Below, one piece after another: positions 58,291 through 64,000 of a stretch of 64,000 bases of DNA; within the stretch, counting starts at the first letter, position 1; each line of letters begins with the position of its first letter. The notes below the pieces were generated by a model. The model saw only the letters and a program-made list of their open reading frames with translations. It made no database searches and had not been told where the DNA came from. Source of the DNA: Alphaproteobacteria bacterium (lineage in GTDB: Bacteria > Pseudomonadota > Alphaproteobacteria > SHVV01); NCBI GenBank assembly GCA_965261735.1, contig OZ253470.1, positions 3,680,001 to 3,744,000 on the forward strand, given 5' to 3'. A program made the position numbers and the translations under genes.

Positions 58291-59395
58291 CCTGCCTATC
58301 CGGTTAACGCCCATGACCGCTACATGTAGGGTGCCACCACTCTCCCGAGTAAAGCTCGGCATAGGTTGGAGCAGAGGTGTCGCCCGCGATGCCGAGCAAT
58401 GAGCGGAAGGCGTTGAACGGGTAGAACCGCCTGTTGAAGCGGAAGGTGAACTCGTTGAGGTAGGCTTGTAGGTGCTGGTGGCTAACGCCGTGGTGGATAC
58501 CGATCAGCCACGTCTTCAGGTTGGCGAAAACCAGATGGATGATCGGCAGGTATTGCTCGGCAACCTCTGGATCACCACACTCGGCAACAGCGAAGTGCTC
58601 ATAGCCGCGCTTCCCGAGGCCAGCATAGCCGCTCCAATCGTCAGTAACGATCAGCGATCGCGGCGCGACGGTGCTCTCGACGAACCCACAGAGCGACTCG
58701 GCGCTACGGTCGAGCACGACGGCGAGCCGAACGCGTCCGGCATAGCGTCCGTCTTTCCGGTTGTCGAGCTTGGTGCCCGGCTTTCGATGACGCACCTCGA
58801 TGGCACAGGAGACGGGAACCTTGTGGTGAACACCACGGCCTTCCCCACGCGTTCGCCCGCCAACCCAGGTTTCGTCCACCTCAACATGGTTCTTGGGCTG
58901 TCCACCGATCCTGTCTTGGTTGGGCCGCACCATGCCCGAGCGGAGCTTGTGGAGAATTTGAAAGGCCGTCTCGTAGCGCGAAAGACCAAGTTGCCGCTGA
59001 AACTGCACGGCGGACATGCCGGGCGTCTGACTGGCGACCAGATAAGCGGCCCAGAACCAGACGTTCAGCGGAGTGTGGCTACGCTCCATCACTGTTCCCA
59101 CCGTCAGCCCGGTGTTCTGGCGGCACTTGCGGCAGCGCAGGACGCCAGGGCGGTTTTCAAAGTGGAACGGCTCTCCCGCCGTGCCGCAGTGCGGGCAGGC
59201 AAAGCCGTCTCCCCAGCGGGCTTTCTCCAGGTAGGCGGCGCAGGCCGCATCATCGGGGAAAAGTCGCTGGAACTCGGGTAGCGAATGCGGGAATGGGAGA
59301 TCGGCGCGGTCGAGAACATCCATGGCGCGCTCCCCTATATCCGGGTTGCGCCCATTCTAACCCTAGTGGGTGTGGGTGTAAACCGGATAGGCAAG
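58291..59395 (-). mobile_element. IS1595-family copy G (1105 bp, complete)
   Basis: IRs at both ends; 8-bp TSD gctggatc (58283-58290, 59396-59403). Confidence 0.97.
58304..59323 (-). CDS. IS1595 transposase (intact)
   Basis: 339 aa, near-identical to copy C. Confidence 0.95.
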   Translation of the reverse strand: MDVLDRADLPFPHSLPEFQRLFPDDAACAAYLEKARWGDGFACPHCGTAGEPFHFENRPGVLRCRKCRQNTGLTVGTVMERSHTPLNVWFWAAYLVASQTPGMSAVQFQRQLGLSRYETAFQILHKLRSGMVRPNQDRIGGQPKNHVEVDETWVGGRTRGEGRGVHHKVPVSCAIEVRHRKPGTKLDNRKDGRYAGRVRLAVVLDRSAESLCGFVESTVAPRSLIVTDDWSGYAGLGKRGYEHFAVAECGDPEVAEQYLPIIHLVFANLKTWLIGIHHGVSHQHLQAYLNEFTFRFNRRFYPFNAFRSLLGIAGDTSAPTYAELYSGEWWHPTCSGHGR

Positions 59396-59975
59396 GCTGG
59401 ATCTTTGGTCGGCCGCCAACAATATTGTTTTCGACTTCATATCCATCGACACGCAAGGCGGCGAACTTGCGGTGCTCGAGGGCGCAGCCCAACACCTCCA
59501 AGACGCGATCATCGGCGCCGTGGTGGAGGTCGAGTTCGTGGAACTCTACAAAGGGCAGCCGCTGTTCTCCGACGTGGAAGCGTTCATGAGGGATCTGGGG
59601 TTTACGCTCTTCGATCTTGATATCCGACGTTGGCGACGCCGCGACTTGCCAACTGGTTCTATTCCGGGACGCCAATCGGGGCAAATCGTGTGGGCCGATG
59701 GACTGTGGCTGAAGGATCCATTGGATAAGGCGAACGCCGATGCGACGTGGGCATGCGATCAAGCGACGAAGCTTGTGGTGTTGGCGGAGTTGTTTGGCCT
59801 TCCGGACTATGCGATTGAGCTGACCGAGCACTTCGGCGAGCGGTCGGTTTTCAGCCGCGATCGTGTCGCCGCGTTCGTGCGATGTCTGACGGCCAACCAA
59901 CCGGTATCGCGCCGATTACGCTGATCACGCAAATTGCGTTCGTCCAAGTCTTCCAGACAACACCGTTCTCGCACC

Positions 59976-60956
59976 CTATTTTGTGCCAAGCACAGCCTCC
60001 ACGCGATCGTTGTCGGCAGTCCATAGGGCCTTCGACTTGAAATAGGTGACCGCACCGGGGTGGTAGGGAATGGGGTTCGTCGGTGCGCCGACCAGGCTGG
60101 CCGCCCCCGTTCGCAACACCGGATGTTCCGCCTGCAACGCGGTGAAGCTCTCGTGGAGCGCCTTGGCCACGGCGCCGGTAACAGCGTCGGGCGCCAGCGC
60201 GGCCCCGATCAGAAACACGTCGAACCCGACCACGAGAATCTTCTTGTCGAGAACCGCCAGCCTTTTTGCCGGCTCGACTTCTATCGTGTAGAGGCCCGGG
60301 GTGTGCTTGCCGAGAAAGTCGTCGGTGGCGTTGGGTCTAATGAGCGTTACGTAGCTCACCCCGCCGGCGATCTCCTTGGTGAGACGCCGCACGAGGGGTA
60401 CGCCGACCGCGATCGGGATGACGTCGATCTCGCCGCGGACCAGCTGGCTCACGGCTTCGCCGAGGCTCTGAACGGCGGTCGCGCGCACGTCCCTATCGCG
60501 CAATCCGACGGTCGACAGGATGGCCCGGTTAACCGCGCCCAATGCCGGATCGTTGGCGACGTCGAGCACCATGCGCTTGCCGCGTAAGCCGACCACGCTC
60601 TCGATACGCAGGCTCGCTCGCGCCAGGAACGTGTAGCGAATGGGCCAGAGCCGGGCCAAGGCCCGCACGTCGCCGAAGCGGCGGCACCCGCCGTCACCCG
60701 CGAGCTCGGCGGCAGAGAGGCCGGTCGCGAAGCCGACCGTTACCTGGTTCTCATTGATAAGCGCCAGATAATCCGACCACCGCCCGAACGACTTGACTTG
60801 CGCGGCCGTTTCGGAGCCGCCCGCGAGGATATCGGCCAGCGCCACGCCGAGCCGGTGAAAGCTCGAGCCCTCGGGGCGGGTGGCAATGGTAATGGGTTCG
60901 GCACGACCGGGCGCGGCGACGGTTTGCCCGGCAACAACCAGGATCAGGCCGAGCAC
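59976..60956 (-). CDS. Orphan TAXI-like solute-binding protein; start uncertain
   Basis: ITIATRPEGSSF, LRGKR, PIPYHPGAVTYFK. Confidence 0.75.
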   Translation of the reverse strand: MLGLILVVAGQTVAAPGRAEPITIATRPEGSSFHRLGVALADILAGGSETAAQVKSFGRWSDYLALINENQVTVGFATGLSAAELAGDGGCRRFGDVRALARLWPIRYTFLARASLRIESVVGLRGKRMVLDVANDPALGAVNRAILSTVGLRDRDVRATAVQSLGEAVSQLVRGEIDVIPIAVGVPLVRRLTKEIAGGVSYVTLIRPNATDDFLGKHTPGLYTIEVEPAKRLAVLDKKILVVGFDVFLIGAALAPDAVTGAVAKALHESFTALQAEHPVLRTGAASLVGAPTNPIPYHPGAVTYFKSKALWTADNDRVEAVLGTK

Positions 60957-61068
60957 GATAATGGCGAGCCGCCGGTGCCGGCCGGCGTGCGGGCTGGTGT
61001 ACGGCGGGAAGGCTCGACGCTGGGGGCATGGGCCGTAAGCTGATCATGATCGGCGCGGCCCGCAAGCG

Positions 61069-62010
61069 CTATCTCGATGCCTGGGTTCGCGACAGAAACC
61101 CCTCGAGGGCCCCCATCACCTCGGCGGCCGGGAGCTCGTTCAGGCGGTCGCGGCGTAGGACCTCGACGGCGGTCCCGCGCGGTGCCGTCACCGCCGGGTC
61201 GGAATCGCGCGAGAACAATACCACCGAGGGGCAGCCGGCCGCGATCAGGTGCATCGGCCCCGTATCGTTGCCGACCGCCGCGAGTGCTTCGCGAGCCAAC
61301 ACTGCGACGTCCTCGAGTGTTGTCCTCTCGCACAGGTTGATGGCCCCCGGCTCGCGCCCAGCGATGTCGCCGAGTGCCGCGCGCTCGGCCCCGCCACCGA
61401 TCAGCACCGGCGCGATTCCGCGCCCCGCCAACCATGCCGCGACCTCGCCGTAGGCTGCCGCCGGCCAGCGCTTGCCGGGTCGGTGCGCCGCGCCGCCCGG
61501 CACCAGCAGGACGTAGCGCGCGGGCAGGGCGAAGCGGCCCACCTCGGCGCTGATGAAGCCGAGATCGCCGTGCGGAGTCTCGCCGATGCCGGCCATCGCC
61601 AGCTGTTCGGCTTGGCGCTCGATCGTGTGCAGCGAATCGCGTGCCGGGTTGGCGTGCGGGTGCGAACAGCCGGGCGCGATGCCCGACCACTCCGGGTGGC
61701 GGGCGAGCGTCATGAGGCGGAAATAGAGATGGGTTCGATCGGAGTGCTGGAGATCATACACGCGTGCGAACCGGGCGCGCCATAGGCGTGTCGCGGTGTT
61801 GAGCCAAGCGGCCAGCCGCCACGCCTTGGCGCGGGGGTCGATCCACACTTCATCGAAGCAGCCGCAGGCGTTGGCGAGCCCGGCGAAGGGGGCTGTCGTG
61901 AGCAGCGTGATATGGTCCGCGGCGTGGTGGGCGCGGATCGCCCGAAAGGGCCCGAGCGCGAGGACGAAGTCGCCGAGCGCGCCGTGCTTGATGACGAGAA
62001 TGCGCGGCAC
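61069..62010 (-). CDS. Glycosyltransferase family 9 (LPS heptosyltransferase-like)
   Basis: ILVIKHGALGD, YDLQ, KRWP, VGNDTGPMHL. Confidence 0.92.
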   Translation of the reverse strand: MPRILVIKHGALGDFVLALGPFRAIRAHHAADHITLLTTAPFAGLANACGCFDEVWIDPRAKAWRLAAWLNTATRLWRARFARVYDLQHSDRTHLYFRLMTLARHPEWSGIAPGCSHPHANPARDSLHTIERQAEQLAMAGIGETPHGDLGFISAEVGRFALPARYVLLVPGGAAHRPGKRWPAAAYGEVAAWLAGRGIAPVLIGGGAERAALGDIAGREPGAINLCERTTLEDVAVLAREALAAVGNDTGPMHLIAAGCPSVVLFSRDSDPAVTAPRGTAVEVLRRDRLNELPAAEVMGALEGFLSRTQASR

Positions 62011-62045
62011 CTGGGAGCCCGGTTCAAGCGGCGGCCGAGGCAGCG

Positions 62046-63218
62046 TCAGTGCAGGCTGTCGTAATAGGCCTGCAGCACCTCGACCACCTCGGGCCGACTG
62101 TACTCGGCAGGAATCGTCTCGTGGTTGGCGAACATTTCCCGCAGCCGGGTACCGGAGATATCAAGCCGATCGCCCTCCAGGGGCGGGCAGGTGCGTCCCG
62201 TGACGATGCCCTGGCAGCGATAGCTGTAGAACGCCGCATCGAATCGGATGGGTTGGATGTCGAGCGTGCCGGTGCCGATGGTATCGAAGATGTGGTGGGC
62301 GTCGAGCGGCCCGTAGTAGTTGCCAACGCCAGCATGATCGCGGCCCACCACGAGGTGCGAGCAGCCGAAGTTCTGGCGGAAAACGGCGTGAAGCAGGGCC
62401 TCGCGTGGCCCCGCATAGCGCATCTCGATCGGATAGCCGGCCTGTACGCAGGTGTCCGGGGCAAAGTAGTTCCGGACGAGCACGTCGATCGCCTTGACCC
62501 GCACCTCGGCCGGGATGTCACCGGGCTTGAGCGCCCCGAGCACCTGGTGGATGAGCAACCCATCGCAAATCTCGATCGCCACTTTGGCGAGGTACTCGTG
62601 GCTGCGGTGCATCGGGTTGCGCGTCTGGAAGGCGGCCACCCGCGACCAGCCCTTGCCCTCGAACAGGGCCCGGGTCTCGCTCGGGCGCAGGTACAACTCA
62701 GGATAGGCCTCGGGATAGCGCCCCTCCGACAGGGCGACGACGGGGCCGGCCAGGTTGACCTCGCCCTGCTCGACGATGCCATGCACGCCCGGGTGATCCC
62801 GATCGCGCGTGAGGTAAACCGCGTCGCATTCGAACCCCTTGTCGATCGCGTATTTCTGCTCGAGCGTCAGGATGCCCATGAGCTCGCCGCCTGCGCCATC
62901 GGTGAGGGCCACTTCGTCGCCCTCGGTGAGGGCCGCGGCGGCCTCGGCGGAGCACGAGAGCGTGATCGGAATCGGCCAGAACAGGCCGTCGGAGAGTCGC
63001 ATGTCGGCGCACGCACCGCGCCAGTCCGTCTCGCCCATGAAGCCGCGTAGCGGCGTATAGGCGCCCATCCCCAGCATCAACAGGTCCGAGACCTCGCGGC
63101 TGGTCATGGCCAGGGTGCGAAGGCCGCGCGCCTTCTCGCGCAAGCTCTCGCGCTCGTCCGCCGCGGCCATAAGGGGCGTGAGCTCGCCGCCGCCGTGCGG
63201 AGCCAACAACCTCGACAT
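62046..63218 (-). CDS. sat: Sulfate adenylyltransferase (ATP sulfurylase, Sat type)
   Basis: PHGG, TPLRGFM, FWPIPITL, FQTRNPMHRSH, MRYAGPREA, VGRDHAG, SRPEV. Confidence 0.95.
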   Translation of the reverse strand: MSRLLAPHGGGELTPLMAAADERESLREKARGLRTLAMTSREVSDLLMLGMGAYTPLRGFMGETDWRGACADMRLSDGLFWPIPITLSCSAEAAAALTEGDEVALTDGAGGELMGILTLEQKYAIDKGFECDAVYLTRDRDHPGVHGIVEQGEVNLAGPVVALSEGRYPEAYPELYLRPSETRALFEGKGWSRVAAFQTRNPMHRSHEYLAKVAIEICDGLLIHQVLGALKPGDIPAEVRVKAIDVLVRNYFAPDTCVQAGYPIEMRYAGPREALLHAVFRQNFGCSHLVVGRDHAGVGNYYGPLDAHHIFDTIGTGTLDIQPIRFDAAFYSYRCQGIVTGRTCPPLEGDRLDISGTRLREMFANHETIPAEYSRPEVVEVLQAYYDSLH

Positions 63219-63274
63219 CGACTTGACCCCTCTCCGGCTCCGCGGCGCGCCCTGCGCGAGCGCCAACCCGGCGC

Positions 63275-63317
63275 GTGAACAAACACGGATGTGTGTTATG
63301 TGTCCAACACAATTCAC
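63275..63317. promoter_or_regulatory. Palindromic candidate operator between divergent sat and MFS genes
   Basis: TGTGTT-N8-AACACA (63292-63311) inside GTGAA...TTCAC in an AT-rich patch. Confidence 0.4.
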
Positions 63318-63373
63318 CCGCTCCAAGGCGGTGCGCCGGCGCTGCCGGCGCAGGCCCTTGCTTCGACTCCGAG

Positions 63374-64000
63374 ATGCCCCTTCGGTCCCCTCGTCTCCTC
63401 CGCGCTGACGCCGGGCGCGCGCCACCCCGTGCGCCTGCCACTCCTCGCCCCGCCGCCGGTCGCTGGATTCTCGCTGCCAGCATCGGCGGCTCCAGCATGG
63501 TGTTCCTCGACGGCACCGCACTCAACATCGCCCTGCCGGTGTTGCAGGCGGAGTTTCGTGCCACCATTCCCGAGGTGCAGTGGATCGTCGCGGCCTACGC
63601 GCTGTTCCTCGCGGCGCTCATGCTGGTGGGCGGCTCCCTCGGCGACTATCTCGGCCGTCGCCGCGTCTATGGTCTGGGGGTCGGTATTTTCGCCTTCGCC
63701 TCGCTGCTGTGCGGGCTCTCGCAGGACGTCACGCAATTGGTCGTGGCCCGCGCGGCGCAGGGGATCGGCGGCGCGCTGCTCGTCCCCGCCAGCCTCGCAC
63801 TCATCAACGCGACCTTCCCGGCCGCCGAGCGCGGCCGCGCCATCGGCACCTGGTCGGCGTTTTCCGCCGTGCCGGCCCTGGCCGGTCCGCTGCTCGGGGG
63901 ATGGCTGATCGAGGTCCTCTCCTGGCGCTGGATCTTTTTCATTAACCTGCCGCTGGCGGCGTGCGTGCTGGCGGTTCTCGTCCTGCGCGTGCCGGCGGTT
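63374..64000 (+). CDS. MFS transporter, DHA2 (EmrB/QacA) family; runs off the window
   Basis: SSMVFLDGTALNIALP, QWIVAAY, GSLGDYLGRRR, RAAQGIGGA, ERGRAIG, SWRWIFFINLP. Confidence 0.92.
   Translation, partial: MPLRSPRLLRADAGRAPPRAPATPRPAAGRWILAASIGGSSMVFLDGTALNIALPVLQAEFRATIPEVQWIVAAYALFLAALMLVGGSLGDYLGRRRVYGLGVGIFAFASLLCGLSQDVTQLVVARAAQGIGGALLVPASLALINATFPAAERGRAIGTWSAFSAVPALAGPLLGGWLIEVLSWRWIFFINLPLAACVLAVLVLRVPAV

Larger units (their letters stand above)
58161..59924 (+). pseudogene. FkbM-family methyltransferase, 5'-truncated and split by IS1595 copy G
   Basis: FYVTYDPCCSSVFPPN...IETTPLD / LW...DFISIDTQGGELAVLEG...VEVEFVELYKGQPLFSDV joins in frame on IS removal; lower GC than neighbouring genes. 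Confidence 0.85.

Noticed and set aside
56814-58307. 497-aa ORF that could be read as a novel fusion protein
   Set aside because: Chimeric frame: shadow of the MetE-like gene, part of the frameshifted ISKra4 transposase, and the FkbM fragment.

Overview
High-GC alphaproteobacterial (Rhodospirillales-like, inferred from gene content) chromosomal window. It mostly encodes transport (Liv-type ABC, Dpp-type ABC, DctP, two TAXI binding proteins, MlaC/MlaA, MFS), metabolism (UbiX, plant NIC1-like nicotinamidase, class III aminotransferase + BKACE, Pgk, acyl-CoA ligase, core MetE-like protein, Sat) and second-messenger signalling. About 23% of the window (roughly 14.7 kb by my coordinates) is IS DNA: seven copies or fragments of one 1105-bp IS1595-family element with 8-bp TSDs (one nested in itself, one carrying both an IS21 and an IS256), plus IS5, IS110/IS1111 and a decayed ISKra4. 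About ten host genes are broken by IS insertion, frameshift or internal deletion, including both adenylate cyclases, the REC-GGDEF-EAL gene, cytochrome c2 and phhA. This fits early genome erosion, although some indels could be assembly errors. The best leads are (1) a protein of six exact 36-aa coiled-coil repeats whose gene overlaps a GAF-GAF-PAS adenylate cyclase gene, (2) candidate bridge/seek-RNA guides in the IS1111 element that match its own junctions, (3) an aminotransferase-BKACE-TAXI-USP run, and (4) covarying internal inverted repeats and a self-targeting site in the IS1595 element. I found no rRNA, tRNA or CRISPR array. All calls are by eye, with no database searches.
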